DNA of 64,000 nucleotides, from positions 320,001 through 384,000 of the forward strand of contig CAVOGR010000005.1 in assembly GCA_963695555.1 (NCBI GenBank), written 5' to 3'. Every line of letters begins with the position of its first letter. The first letter of the stretch is position 1. Made by a program: the position numbers and the translations under genes. Positions 39,953-53,561 of this stretch are shown here, piece after piece. Below the pieces are notes generated by a model. The model was not told the DNA's origin and made no database searches. It saw only the letters and a program-made list of their open reading frames with translations. The DNA comes from an uncultured Gemmatimonadales bacterium. Its GTDB lineage: Bacteria; Gemmatimonadota; Gemmatimonadetes; Gemmatimonadales; GWC2-71-9.

Positions 39953-40211
39953 GGGAGCAAAGAATGCAGGATTGATGCGCCGCCGTCTGGGAGCGCCTCC
40001 CATCCGCTGCTGCTGAGCATGAAGGACTTTTCCCGAGAGATTCACCATCTCTTGGGCATCATGGTGTTAAATGAGCCCTGGCCCTCGGGCTTCCACACCT
40101 CGCTCTTCGGTTCCCTCCTCTCCCCTCCCAAATGGTAGGGGAACGTTCGGGTATGCTGGGCAGCAAATCGTGGCCTGGTCATGCTCGCCTGAGCAAGGCA
40201 CGGAGGACTCT

Positions 40212-40757
40212 ATGCACACACGATCCATTGGTTCCGGGCTCATTGTGGCGGTCGCGTTGGCGGCGTGCGCGGGCGGCCCTGATGCCCTATCCGGTCCCGA
40301 CGCGAGCCTGGGCATTGACGCCAGTGGAACCCGGACCGTGACCCAGTTCGTGACCGGGAGCGCCCAATTCTACGACCAGGCTCGCCAAGCCTGGAGGACC
40401 TTCAGCATCAACGGGAAGGTGATGCCCGATGGACGCGTGGACGGAACTTGGCAGCTCAGGGTTCATCGTGGTCCCAACGGTGGTGCCAAACTTCACGGCC
40501 GGGTCACCTGCATGGTGATTGACGGCAACCGGGCGTGGCTGGCTGGAATCGTCGAGAAGGCGGTCGGCGACCACGCGGGAAAGGCCTACGGCTTCAAGGT
40601 GGTGGACAACGGTGAGGGGCGTCATGCGGCGCCGGATCAGTTCGCCTCTCGGCGCTTCCCTCCCTCGGCGGAGGAGTACTGCGCGGAGAAGCCGGATGAT
40701 ATGGCGCATCCAGTCCGTGACATGGAGGCCGGAAACATCCAGGTCCACGCCAACTGA
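40212..40757 (+). CDS. Hypothetical lipoprotein
   Basis: GGAGG RBS, lipobox LAAC, VVDNGEG motif. Confidence 0.8.
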   Translation: MHTRSIGSGLIVAVALAACAGGPDALSGPDASLGIDASGTRTVTQFVTGSAQFYDQARQAWRTFSINGKVMPDGRVDGTWQLRVHRGPNGGAKLHGRVTCMVIDGNRAWLAGIVEKAVGDHAGKAYGFKVVDNGEGRHAAPDQFASRRFPPSAEEYCAEKPDDMAHPVRDMEAGNIQVHAN

Positions 40758-40793
40758 GGCACGGACTTCCCCGGGTACACGAGCAAGCGAGAC

Positions 40794-41927
40794 ATGATCT
40801 TCGCGTACGTCGGCATCGCGCTCGGGTTGGTCATCGGCGTCTTCGCCCTCTATCTCCTTATCGTCGCCGTGATGCCGGGCTTCTCGGTTCCTGCCCAACC
40901 GCTCAGAGGTGGCGAGCGATCGGACGAGGGTCGCCAGGTCGAGGGGGCGCAACCGAGGAAGGAGGTCTCCTTCCAGTCGAAAGGGACCTCCCTCCACGCA
41001 TGGCTCTACCTGCCGGAGCCACGGCCACATCCCGTTCCATGCATCGTCATGGCGCATGGATTAGGGGGCACCAAGGACGCCGGCCTCGTGGCCTACGCAA
41101 CTCGCTTCCGCGACGCCGGCTTTGCCGTGCTCGCGTTCGACTACCGGCACTTCGGCGCGAGCGATGGCGAGCCGAGGCAATTGGTCTGGATCCCCTATCA
41201 ACTCGAAGACTACGTGGCGGCCGTCGGGTATGCGCGCGGCCTCGCGGAGGTCGATGCCGAGCGAATCGCGCTCTGGGGCACCTCGCTCAGCGGAGGGCAC
41301 GTTATTGTGACCGCGGCCAAGGACCCGAGCATCGCGTGTGTGGTGGCGCAATGCCCCTGGTTGGACGGCCGGGCGGCCGCGATCGAAGCCATGAAGCAAG
41401 GCGGAATCAGACAGCTCTTCCGGCTGGTACCGCACGCACAGCGTGACATCGTCCGTTCGTTTCTGGGCCTCTCACCGCACGTGATACCGCTGGTGGGCCG
41501 TCCCGGCACCATTGCCGTGATGCCCACGGCCGAGGCGTGGGACGCCTTACAGGAGCTGGCTCCTCCCGATTTCGTGAATCAAGCCTGCGCGCGAATCCTC
41601 ATTCGGATGGATAAGTACCGGCCTGTTGTGCATGCGGGCAGGGTACGTTGCCCTGTCATGCTTCAGATATGTGACGAGGATGTGCGCGACCCCGAGCACT
41701 TCGTCCGGGAAACGGTTAGGCGGTTAGGAGATGTGGCGGAGGTCATCCACTACCCCCTCGCGCACTTCGACATCTACCGAGGCGGAGGCTTCGAGCAAGG
41801 CGTGCGCGATCAGATCGCGTTCTTGAGGAAGCACCTGCGGCCGGCCGATGCAATCATCATCCAGCAGGATGGGAACGGGCCGAGCCGCCCAACTTCGAAT
41901 ACCAGAACAGGAGGATCACACCCGTAG
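40794..41927 (+). CDS. Alpha/beta hydrolase (S15/CocE-like)
   Basis: MAHGLGG, FDYRHFGASDGEPRQ, nucleophile WGTSLSGGH, HFDIY. Confidence 0.9.
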   Translation: MIFAYVGIALGLVIGVFALYLLIVAVMPGFSVPAQPLRGGERSDEGRQVEGAQPRKEVSFQSKGTSLHAWLYLPEPRPHPVPCIVMAHGLGGTKDAGLVAYATRFRDAGFAVLAFDYRHFGASDGEPRQLVWIPYQLEDYVAAVGYARGLAEVDAERIALWGTSLSGGHVIVTAAKDPSIACVVAQCPWLDGRAAAIEAMKQGGIRQLFRLVPHAQRDIVRSFLGLSPHVIPLVGRPGTIAVMPTAEAWDALQELAPPDFVNQACARILIRMDKYRPVVHAGRVRCPVMLQICDEDVRDPEHFVRETVRRLGDVAEVIHYPLAHFDIYRGGGFEQGVRDQIAFLRKHLRPADAIIIQQDGNGPSRPTSNTRTGGSHP

Positions 41928-42504
41928 ACTCACTGCGGTAGTTGCTGCACTGGCTCTCATCATGGTTGCGGCGTGCCAAAATGACTCCCCGACCGGGATA
42001 TCGGGTGACCAGGCCCTCTCCGAACTAGGCGTGGTGGCGAGTCACGGCCAACCCGGGAAGCTGCTGCCGATTCACGGAACAGTCAGCGGTTTCCCCACCC
42101 ATTAGATCTTTGACCCGGACGTCATCGAGCAACGGTGCACCCAGAGCTCGGACTGGGTGATCGGATTCTACCTGACCGGGCCGGTGGCTCATCTCGGCCA
42201 AGCCACCGTGATGGCTGAACATTGCTCCCAGGCAGGCCCGGCCACGTACGGTGACGGGACGATCGTGTTTGTCAGCGCGAATGGTGACGAAGTCCGCGGC
42301 ACCTACCACAGCGAAACGTTCGGCATGCTCACAGCAACGGTGGTGTGGTTCCAGGATACCATTGTGCTGAGTGGTGGGATCGATCGCTTCGCGAATGCTA
42401 CCGGAGGAGGTTCCGAGGTTGGTACCTTCGATCTCGCCACGGGCGTGATCGAGTTGGAGCTGGACGGCTGGATCAGCTACGACGCGTCGGATAGCAGCAA
42501 CTAG
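41920..42504 (+). pseudogene. Lipoprotein pseudogene
   Basis: AGGAGG followed by ACC where ATG is expected, signal RRLTAVVAALALIMVAAC, in-frame TAG at 42103-42105, same frame continues to 42504. Confidence 0.65.
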
Positions 42505-42893
42505 GCGGCGGGCCATGGTGGATTCCAATGGGGCGGCGCCGGTGGGTGTCGCCCCGCTTGGCAGTCACCTGCCTTTCTCGAACCTCATCCCCGGCGCACC
42601 ATTCCGGTGAACCGGTGACCGATCTCGTGCTCGATTCACCTGGCCGATGTGCCTGGCAGACATCCCCAGTCGGGCCGCTACGCCACACTCTCCAGGTTGG
42701 TTGAACGCTGCCGACATATGACGACGGAGAGACCACCATCGGAGGTTCGTGTCGACGAGGCGACCTGGCCTACTGCTCGGGTGTGCAGGCATATTGGAAT
42801 CGGTGTATTTTTCAAGGTTATTGGTGTTTTGATCCCCTCCGGCGTCGCCGCGAGGGAGCGAGACTGGTCTCAGCATCGACAGGAGGGCCGCGG

Positions 42894-43694
42894 GTGCCGA
42901 AACAGCTCTGGCAGATCGTTCTGGGTGACGGTCCCGTCATCGCGACGGCGCTGCATGACGGGCATGCGCTTCGCGAGGAGGTGGCAGCCATCATGGCGCT
43001 GTCGGAGGCGGATCGCCTTCGCGAAGAGGATCCCTACACCGGGATCTGGACCGGTGTTGCGACCACCCGATTGATTCCGCGTCGTTCGCGCTTTGAGGTC
43101 GATCTGAACCGGCCCAGGGAGCGGGCCGTCTACCGCACTCCAGAAGACGCCTGGGGACTCCACGTGTGGAAGCGGCCGCCCCCCGAAGACCTGGTCGAGC
43201 GGTCGCTGGCGGACTACGATGCCTTCTACGCCGAGGCACATCGCATTTTGTCAGACATGGAGCGTCGCCACGGCCGGTTCGTTGTGCTGGACCTGCACAG
43301 CTACAACCACCGACGCGGGGGACCAGACGCCACGCCGGACGACCCCAAGGCCAATCCCGAAGTCAACGTTGGAACCGGTTCGCTGGATCGGGCGCGGTGG
43401 GGGCATCTGGTGGATCGCTTCATCAGCGACCTCCAGGGGCTTCCGGTTCTCGGTCGCAGTCTGGATGTGCGTGAGAACGTGCGGTTCCGCGGCGGTCACT
43501 TCTCCGTCTGGATCCACCAGAAGTTCCCCCAGTCTGCCTGCTGTCTCGCGGTCGAGTTCAAGAAATTCTTTATGGATGAATGGACCGGCCAGCTCGAACC
43601 TGCGCAGCATGAGGCCAGCCGCGAGGCCTTGCGCGCGACGCTGGCCGGCCTCCACGAGGGGCTCGCCGAAGCGCGCCCGGCCGCATCCGGCTAG
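42894..43694 (+). CDS. N-formylglutamate amidohydrolase family protein
   Basis: ALHDGH, REEDPYT, SRFEVDLNR, DLHSY, FRGGHF, AVEFKK. Confidence 0.92.
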   Translation: MPKQLWQIVLGDGPVIATALHDGHALREEVAAIMALSEADRLREEDPYTGIWTGVATTRLIPRRSRFEVDLNRPRERAVYRTPEDAWGLHVWKRPPPEDLVERSLADYDAFYAEAHRILSDMERRHGRFVVLDLHSYNHRRGGPDATPDDPKANPEVNVGTGSLDRARWGHLVDRFISDLQGLPVLGRSLDVRENVRFRGGHFSVWIHQKFPQSACCLAVEFKKFFMDEWTGQLEPAQHEASREALRATLAGLHEGLAEARPAASG

Positions 43695-43696
43695 AC

Positions 43697-45646
43697 ATGC
43701 AGCTTCCGACCACAGCGGTTCTCCCTTCAGCAGAGATTGGCGTGGCAAAGACAGAGCGGTCCGACGATCACATTTCGGAAGAGTTCATCGCGGGTGCACT
43801 CGAGCGGCTCCGTGATGGGAAGTCGCTTCGACGAGCGCTTCCGGGTTGGGGCCGGGTGCACATCGACCGGCAGCTCCCTTTCCTCGTCGTCTATCGCCGA
43901 CCCGCTGGTCGTGACGATGTCGATACGGATCGTCTGGTGGTGGGCGAGGCGGCCTATCTCCGGGCATCCGGCAAGCAGAAGCACCACGCGGCGCTCGCGT
44001 CGCTGGTCCAATCCATGGCGACAATTCAGGTGGAGGCCTTCGGCTCGTTCCTGATCATCGAACTCTGGGCTCGGGAAGTGCCGGCGGATGCCAAACCGTT
44101 GCGCCGACCGGCTTTCAGCATCGTCCGTTCCAAAGGCGATGGCATCGATTCAACGATCGAGGCGCTCGACCGCGCACTCTCTGGTGTGAGGGTGAAGAGT
44201 GCGTACGCGCATGTAGAGGTCGTCTCAGCAAACCAAGTGACGCGTCCCGGAATGCTGCCACTGGTTTCGGCAGAACGGGCCACCGAGCTGGGCTGTCACG
44301 TCATCGGCCTGGAGCTGGACCCCGTGTTTCGGGGTCCGGCAGGCGAACTCTACCCCATAATGCGGCGGGCGCTTCACCGCGGGCTCTCGCGGGCACTCAA
44401 GCGTGCGGTGTTCGAGTTCACCCGCCGGAACACTTCGCAGCGCCCCCCCCACTACCAGGCGTTGGGCCGGCGGAGCATGGTGAAGGCAGTGTGGGAAGTC
44501 GATCGCCAGCTCGCGGAGATCAGCAGTGCTTTTGACCTTCTGTTGCAGGTCACGCCCGTCAACGCCGATGAGGCGTGGATCGGGTTTCGCCGGAAGCACT
44601 TCGAGCGCGACCCGGCGTTCGTGTCGCGGCCCCTCAGGCTCGACCCGGCACTGGCCAAACGCCAGCTCTTCAGCATTCCTATCGAGCGGATCGAGGATCC
44701 CACCCTGGGGCAGCTGTTCCGCGACCAGCAAGTAGAGCTCGATCGCAAGCTTACCATGGTGGGCGATCGTGGGACCCCTCAGTTCCTCTATGGCAGCCTT
44801 CAAGTCTTCGGCGGAGTCGATCCGTCCTTATTGAATGCGGCCTTCGAGATCCTCTCGCGCGTTCCTTCGCGAACCCGCGACGAATCGACTCGGGGTGCCG
44901 TCAACGCCAGTGACTTTGCCACTCGTGCCGAGCAGGAACTCGATTATTACCGTCGGCAGTGTCCGGGCATGAACAGCGGGGTCCAGATCCGCGATGATGT
45001 CGTCGGACTCATGGTGTCTCGCGGCAGTCTCCTAATCGGAGCGAAGACCAGAATCCCCAAGTCGAGGGTCGAGGCGCTGGTAGCTCACGAAGTCGGAACC
45101 CATGTGCTGACGTATGTCAACGGGAAGTCGCAGCCCTTCCGCCAGCTCTATGTCGGGCTTCCGGGCTACGAGGAGCTTCAAGAGGGGGTCGCCGTGCTCT
45201 CGGAGTACCTGGTCGGCGGCCTCAGTCGTCCGCGGCTCCGGCTCCTGGCCGCGCGGGTGGTCGCGACGCATCGGATGATAGAGGGAGCCAGCTTCGTCGA
45301 GGTGTTTCGTGAGCTCGACCGGGCGCAGGATTTTGCTCAACGCACCGCCTTCCACGTCACCATGCGCGTGTTTCGCGGAGGTGGCTTGACCAAGGATGCC
45401 GTATACCTGCGAGGGTTGCTCGGTCTGCTCGCCTATCTCCGACAGGGCGGCGACTTCGAGCAGCTGTTCATCGGAAAGTTCGGACTCGATCATGTTCCTA
45501 TCATTACGGAGTTGCAGTTGCGCGAGGTCATGGGCCCGCCGCCGCTGCGGCCGCGCCATCTGGACGACCCGGCGGTCATAGAACGGCTCGTTGGTGTTCG
45601 CCAGGGAGGCTCGGTCTTGGATCTCGTAGAGAGGAGAGCGCAATGA
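43697..45646 (+). CDS. QEGLA-motif (DUF1704) zincin-like peptidase
   Basis: HEVGTH, QEGVAVLSE, RVFRGGGLTKDAVYLRG. Confidence 0.88.
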   Translation: MQLPTTAVLPSAEIGVAKTERSDDHISEEFIAGALERLRDGKSLRRALPGWGRVHIDRQLPFLVVYRRPAGRDDVDTDRLVVGEAAYLRASGKQKHHAALASLVQSMATIQVEAFGSFLIIELWAREVPADAKPLRRPAFSIVRSKGDGIDSTIEALDRALSGVRVKSAYAHVEVVSANQVTRPGMLPLVSAERATELGCHVIGLELDPVFRGPAGELYPIMRRALHRGLSRALKRAVFEFTRRNTSQRPPHYQALGRRSMVKAVWEVDRQLAEISSAFDLLLQVTPVNADEAWIGFRRKHFERDPAFVSRPLRLDPALAKRQLFSIPIERIEDPTLGQLFRDQQVELDRKLTMVGDRGTPQFLYGSLQVFGGVDPSLLNAAFEILSRVPSRTRDESTRGAVNASDFATRAEQELDYYRRQCPGMNSGVQIRDDVVGLMVSRGSLLIGAKTRIPKSRVEALVAHEVGTHVLTYVNGKSQPFRQLYVGLPGYEELQEGVAVLSEYLVGGLSRPRLRLLAARVVATHRMIEGASFVEVFRELDRAQDFAQRTAFHVTMRVFRGGGLTKDAVYLRGLLGLLAYLRQGGDFEQLFIGKFGLDHVPIITELQLREVMGPPPLRPRHLDDPAVIERLVGVRQGGSVLDLVERRAQ

Positions 45647-46689
45647 AAGTCGGTTTTGTCGTCAATGATGTCAGCACTGAAGAGACGGGGTATACCACCA
45701 CGCGGCTCGCGATGGCAGCACTCAACCGGGGCCACGAGGCGTGGGTCATCGGGGCCGGCGACTTTGCCTACGACGCGGACGAATCGGTGCGCGCCCGGGC
45801 ACGCGCCGCACCGAAATCGCAGTACAAGTCCTCCGAGTCGTACCTGGCCGACCTCCAGGGCAAGAAGGCCAAGTCCGAACGGATTACGCTCGACGAGTTC
45901 GATATCCTCATGCTGCGCAGTGACCCATCCACCGACACGGGGTACCGTGCCTGGGCGCAGGCTACCGGGATCATCTTTGGCCGGGTCGCGATGCGGCGCG
46001 GCCTCATCGTCCTCAACGATCCCAACGGCCTCTCTAAGGCTATGAACAAGATGTACTTTCAACTCTACCCCGAAGAGGTGCGCCCCCGAACACTGATCAC
46101 CCGGGATCGCGAGGAGATCCGCGCCTTCTGGAAGGCGGAAGGTGGTCGAATCGTCCTCAAGCCGCTCCAAGGATCAGGAGGACAGGGGGTCTTTCTGGTT
46201 CGGAAGGACGACGGCTCCAACCTGAACCAGATGGTCGACGCGGTGAGCCGCGACGGATACGTGATTGCCCAGGAGTACCTCCCAGCCGCGGAGCAGGGTG
46301 ACACACGGCTCTTCTTGATGAACGGCCAGCCTATCCGGTACCGAGGCAAGTATGCCGCGTTCCGGCGGGTCCGCTCCGGCGATGACATGCGCAGCAACAT
46401 TCATGCGGGGGGGAAACTCCGGGAGGCGGAGCTGACGGATGAGCACTTTCGCATCGCCGAGATCGTCCGGCCAAAGGTCGTTCAAGACGGCATGTTTCTC
46501 GTCGGCCTCGACATCGTGGGCAACAAGCTGATGGAGATCAACGTCTTCAGCCCGGGCGGCCTAGGGAGCGCGCAGCGATTCGAGAAGGTGAATTTCACCC
46601 ACGCGGTCATAGAGGCGCTGGAGCGGAAGGTCGACTACATGGCGTTCTACCGGCGCAACTTCGACAACGTCGATTTGGCGACGCTGTAG
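45643..46689 (+). CDS. Glutathione synthetase-like ATP-grasp ligase
   Basis: LRSDP, KPLQGSGGQGVF, QEYLP, GDTRL, RSNIHAGG, GLDIVGNKLMEINVFSPGG. Confidence 0.88.
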   Translation: MKVGFVVNDVSTEETGYTTTRLAMAALNRGHEAWVIGAGDFAYDADESVRARARAAPKSQYKSSESYLADLQGKKAKSERITLDEFDILMLRSDPSTDTGYRAWAQATGIIFGRVAMRRGLIVLNDPNGLSKAMNKMYFQLYPEEVRPRTLITRDREEIRAFWKAEGGRIVLKPLQGSGGQGVFLVRKDDGSNLNQMVDAVSRDGYVIAQEYLPAAEQGDTRLFLMNGQPIRYRGKYAAFRRVRSGDDMRSNIHAGGKLREAELTDEHFRIAEIVRPKVVQDGMFLVGLDIVGNKLMEINVFSPGGLGSAQRFEKVNFTHAVIEALERKVDYMAFYRRNFDNVDLATL

Positions 46690-48595
46690 CTACGCCAGCG
46701 CCTGCAGCCGCTCCAGCAGGACTGCCGCACTAGCCGGGCGGTCCTCGGGGCGCTTGGCGAGGAGGTGCATGATCAGCTCGTCGAGTCCGGCCGGCACACC
46801 CTCCACCAGGGTGCCGGGCCGCTTCGGCTCCTCGCTCAGCACCTTGGCAAACAGCGCCATCACCGTCGGCGCGGTGAGCGGCAGCTGCCCCGTGAGAAAC
46901 TCGTAGAGCACCACGCCCACTGCATACAAGTCGGTGCGGGCGTCGACTTCCTCGCCGGTGAGCTGCTCCGGCGACATGTACGTCGGAGTCCCCACGATCA
47001 TCCCCGCCTGGGTGTGGCGCGCGGTGCTCTCGGCCAGCCGTGCCACGCCGAAGTCCATCACCTTGAGCACCCCGTCCGCATCCAGCAGCAGGTTCTGCGG
47101 CTTGATGTCGCGGTGAATCACGCCGGTCTGGTGCGCCACCACCAGCGATTGAGCGAGCTGGGTTCCGATCGCCAGCACCGGTTCCACCGCCAGCGTCCCG
47201 CGCGAGTCGAGCAGCTCGCGCACCGTGATGCCCTCGACGTACTCCATCGTGAGGTACCACAGGCCGTCCCACTCGCCGAAGTGGTGGGTGCGCACCACGT
47301 TGCGGTGGGAGATACGGCGCGTGAGGCGGATCTCGTCCTTGAAGCGCTCGCGTGAGTCCTCGTCGGCAACCATTTCGGGGCGCAAGGTCTTGATCGCTAC
47401 CACGTCGCCCAGCTCTGTATCGCGCGCGCGGTACACGGTACCCATCCCACCGCGGCCCAGCACGGCTTCGATCGTGTAGCGCGCGGCGAAGGTCTCGCCC
47501 GACTTCAGGCGGTCGTCGCCTTCCGCGACGGCGAAGTCGCCGGTCTGGCGCGCAACACCGATTTCACTCTGGAGATCGTCGAGCCTGCCACGTAGCCGTG
47601 ATTCGCGCTCGCCGACTTCGGTCGCCATCCGGTCCATGACCCGGGCCAGCCGCCCGACGGCGTCGTTCCGCTGGGCCAGGTCGCCGAGCTGACCACGGCC
47701 TGGTATGTCGCCGGCCTCGACCGCGGTCGCCGCTGCCGTCACCACGCCGAGGGCCCGCACCAGGTCTTTCTCCTGGTCGCGGAACCGTTTCTCCGCGAGC
47801 GAGGCGGCCAGCCGGGCCCGGAGGATCACTGGTTCGAACGGTTTCGGCAGGTAGTCCTCCGCCCCGGCCTCGATGCAGCTGCGCAACGGCGCCGAGGTCG
47901 TCGAGCGCCGAGATCATGATGACCGGTATGTCGCGCGTGACCGTGTCGGCCTTGAGCCGCTCCAGGACCGCGAGCCCGTCGAGGTCGGGCATCATGACGT
48001 CGAGCAGGACCAGGTCCACCGGCTCCTGCGCCACCAGCGGCCAGCGCCTCGTGCCCGCCCGCGGCGGTGACGACGGCGTAGCCCTCACGCTCGAGCCGGC
48101 GCTGAAGGAGCTCGCGGTTGCCCTCCTCGTCGTCCACCACTAGCACCTGCGCCTTGCCGCGCGGCGCTGTCGGTCGGGGCCGTCGGGGCGGCCCGTGTTG
48201 CGGGGCCGTGCGTTGGTACCAGCCGCTCGGCGGCCGCGGCGATCTTGTGTAGGTCGTCGACGAAAGTCGGGGTCGGCGCTTCGCCCGCCGCTGCGAGCAG
48301 AGCGTGTACCACGTCGGTAATGCGCCGCTGCGGCTCCTCGAGCCGCGCATAGAGTCCTTCGAGCTCGCCCGGCTCTACCGCATCGCGAGTCGGTGCAAGC
48401 ACCAAGGTGATTGCCCGAAGCGCATCGCGCGCCGCAGCCAATGTGTCCTCCAGCGCCTCCCGCTGGCCGGCGTGCTCGGGACCTTCGAGGTCCTCGAGCA
48501 GCATCTCGGCGTAGCCGACGATGTGGTTGACGGGGGTGCGCAGGTCGTGGCGCAGTGCTGCGACTGGGTTGCTGCCGGGAGCGGAGTCCGCTCAC
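46690..48595 (-). CDS. HisKA-like - REC - Ser/Thr kinase fusion (several frameshifts)
   Basis: LRHDLRTPVNHIVGYAEML; VLVVDDEEGNRELL...LLDVMMPDLDG...GAEDYLPKPF; GRGGMGTVY, HRDIKPQN, DFGVA, GTPTYMSPE. Confidence 0.8.
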
Positions 48596-48973
48596 GAGTC
48601 GGCGCCCTCATTGCCAAGCAGTGCCGCGATCTTGCCGAGCAGCCGATCGAACTCGATCGGCTTGGTGTCGTAGTCGTTGCAGCCGGCCTCGAGCGCCCGT
48701 TCGCGATCGCCCGCCATGGCGTGCGCGGTGAGCGCGATGATCGGCACGTCGGCCGTTTCCGGGGCGGCACGGAGCTGGCGGGTCGCCTCCCACCCGTCGA
48801 TCTCCGGGAGGCTCATGTCCATGAGAACGAGGTCGTACTTCCCGGCCCGCGCCATCTCGACGCCGCTCTCGCCCGTCGACGGCGATCTCGACCTCGAAGC
48901 CCTTGCGCTGCAGCCGCCGCGACAGCATGTCGCGGTTCATCTCGTTGTCCTCGACCAGGAGAATCCTCGCCAT
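48592..48973 (-). CDS. Single-domain (DivK-like) response regulator, one frameshift
   Basis: [17 protein letters not shown] + LMDMSLPEIDGWEA...ALTAHAM...DTKP. Confidence 0.88.
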
Positions 48974-51086
48974 CAGTCTGCCCCCAGTGCGTCAGCGGCC
49001 GGTGCGCTGTCCCGGCACCATGCCGGCAATCGCACGGTGAACGTCGAGCCCGTCCCGGGCGTGCTCTCGACCTGCACGTCGCCGCCCATCAGGTGGCTGA
49101 ACCGCTTCGTGATCGCGAGCCCGAGCCCGGTGCCGCCGTACTTGCTCGTCGTCGACGCCTCCGCCTGCGCAAACGCCTCGAACAGCGGTCCCCATCTGCT
49201 CGTCTGTCATGCCGATCCCGGTATCGCGACCCGGAACACCACGGCGCCCGTCTGCCCGTCCGCGCCGCTCGCGGGACACGCTGAAGGTGATGGTGCCGTG
49301 CTCGGTGAACTTGCAGGCGTTCGATAGCAGATTGAGCAGCATCTGGCATCAGCTTGGTGCGATCCGCATGCATCGTCCCAGATCGGCCGTCACACCCTCC
49401 ACCACGAGCCGGTTGCCGTTCTTGTCGACCAGCGGACCCACAGTGGCCGCGGCTTCCTTCAGCAGCGGCGCGACGTGGGAACGTCTCGCGAACAGGATCT
49501 CCATCTTGCCGGCCTCGATCTTCGACAGGTCGAGGATGTTGTTGATCAGTGAGAGGAGAACCGGCCTGCAGGCGTGGATCTTCTCGAGGTCGTCGCCCAG
49601 TTGCGCCACACCCAGTTCTTCAACTTCCTCCTGCAGCATCTCGACGTAGCCGATGATCGCGTTGAGCGGGGTGCGCAGCTCGTGGCTCATGCTGGCCAGG
49701 AACTGGCTCTTGGCTCGGTTCGCCGCCTCAGCTTCGCGCCGTGCCTTGAGCAAGCTCAGTGATGTCGTGGTACAGCGCCATCAGCCCGACCCGCTAGCCG
49801 TCCACGATGCACCGGCACGCCCAGCACCTCGACGTCCACCAGAGTGCCGTCCTTGCGGCGCCGCTGCGCAAATGCCGTGAATCGGGCTGCTCCAGCGCCT
49901 GCTCGGTGTAGGTCTCGGCCTCCGGCCGGGTTACGTCCGTGGTGATGAGGGCGTCGAGATCCCGGCCCACGACCTCCGCTCGGGTATAGCCGAACAGCGT
50001 CTCGAAGCCGGGTTGCAGGAGACCACGTCGTGAAGTCGCGGTCGAGCGTTACGATGGCCACCGGGCTGTTGGAGACGAGCGCCTCGAAGTACTCCCGCTG
50101 GCGCTGCGCCGCGGTGAACAGCCGGGCGTTCTCGATGGCGATGGCGGCCTGCGGCGCGAACAGGTTGAGCAGCCGCAGGTCCTCGGGCCCGAACATGGCG
50201 CGCCGGATCCGAGTGCACCGTGCGCGATGGCGCCCACCAGCCGCCGCCCGATCATGAGCGGGGCCGCCATCACCGAGTGGACATCCACGTCGGCGTACTG
50301 CGCCGACTGCCCCAGACCACTCGTGGTAGTCTGGGATGATCAGCGGTTCAAGGGTCCGGGCCGCGTGGCCCATGGCTCCCTCTCCCAGCTTCATCCGCGT
50401 GCCGGTGGAGTCCTTCCGACCGATGTTGTGGTTCGCGACGATCTCCAGCTCCTCCGTCTCATCGTCGTAGATCGCGAGCTCGCCGTGGCTCACGCCGAGC
50501 AGTCGCACCGCACGCTCCAAGACTGCTTTGAGCAGGGTACCGAGGTCGAGCCGGCCGGCGAGGTCGGCCATGGTGGCACGCAGCGCCTCCTGTTCATCAG
50601 CCCGGGCACGCTCGGCCCTCAACAGTCGGGCCCGCCCAATGGCGATCCCCGCCTGGTTGGCGGCGGCGGTGAGGATCTTCAAGTCGTCCTCGTCGAAGGC
50701 GTCCGGACGGTTGCTCTCCACCACCAGCACCCCCACCAGCTCACGGTTGGCCAGGATCGGCACATCCGCCTCGGATCCCTCATTGCGAGTGGGGAGGTAG
50801 CGGGTTTCCTCGGTGACGCGCGGGGTGTAGTGGATGCGGCCGTCGAGCAGCGGCAGCTCGCTGAGTCCCTGCCCGGGGCGGATTCGCAGTCCGGGTGGAG
50901 CGTCCTTCCAGCCCTCGCTCGCGACCAGCACCCGGTCACCCGTCGCCTGGTCCACGAGCAGCACCGCGACGAAATCGTAGCCGAGCGCCGCGTCGTACAG
51001 CCCCGCCACCACGGCGCTGCACACGTCGGTCTCGCTCTCCGCTTCGGCGATGCCGGTGCTGAGCCTGAGCAGCGCGTTCTCTCGTT

Positions 51087-51090
<4 letters not shown>
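48973..51090 (-). CDS. GAF-GAF-PAS histidine kinase (frameshifted)
   Basis: GAF repeats, [50 protein letters not shown] in shifting frames. Confidence 0.82.

Positions 51091-53557
<2,467 letters not shown>

Positions 53558-53561
<4 letters not shown>

Noticed and set aside
42103..42105. Pyrrolysine or amber readthrough
   Set aside because: No pyl genes in the window, TAG ends many genes here, and the start codon is also lost
42505..42893. Long intergenic gap as ncRNA or riboswitch
   Set aside because: No recognisable conserved motif by eye; an Rfam/Infernal scan is needed
47880..50300. Dense frameshifts as programmed recoding or phase variation
   Set aside because: Indels cluster in patches across unrelated genes (also 10.2-10.7, 56-57.2, 59.7, 62.8 and 63.3 kb) without consistent slippery sites; low-coverage long-read error is more likely
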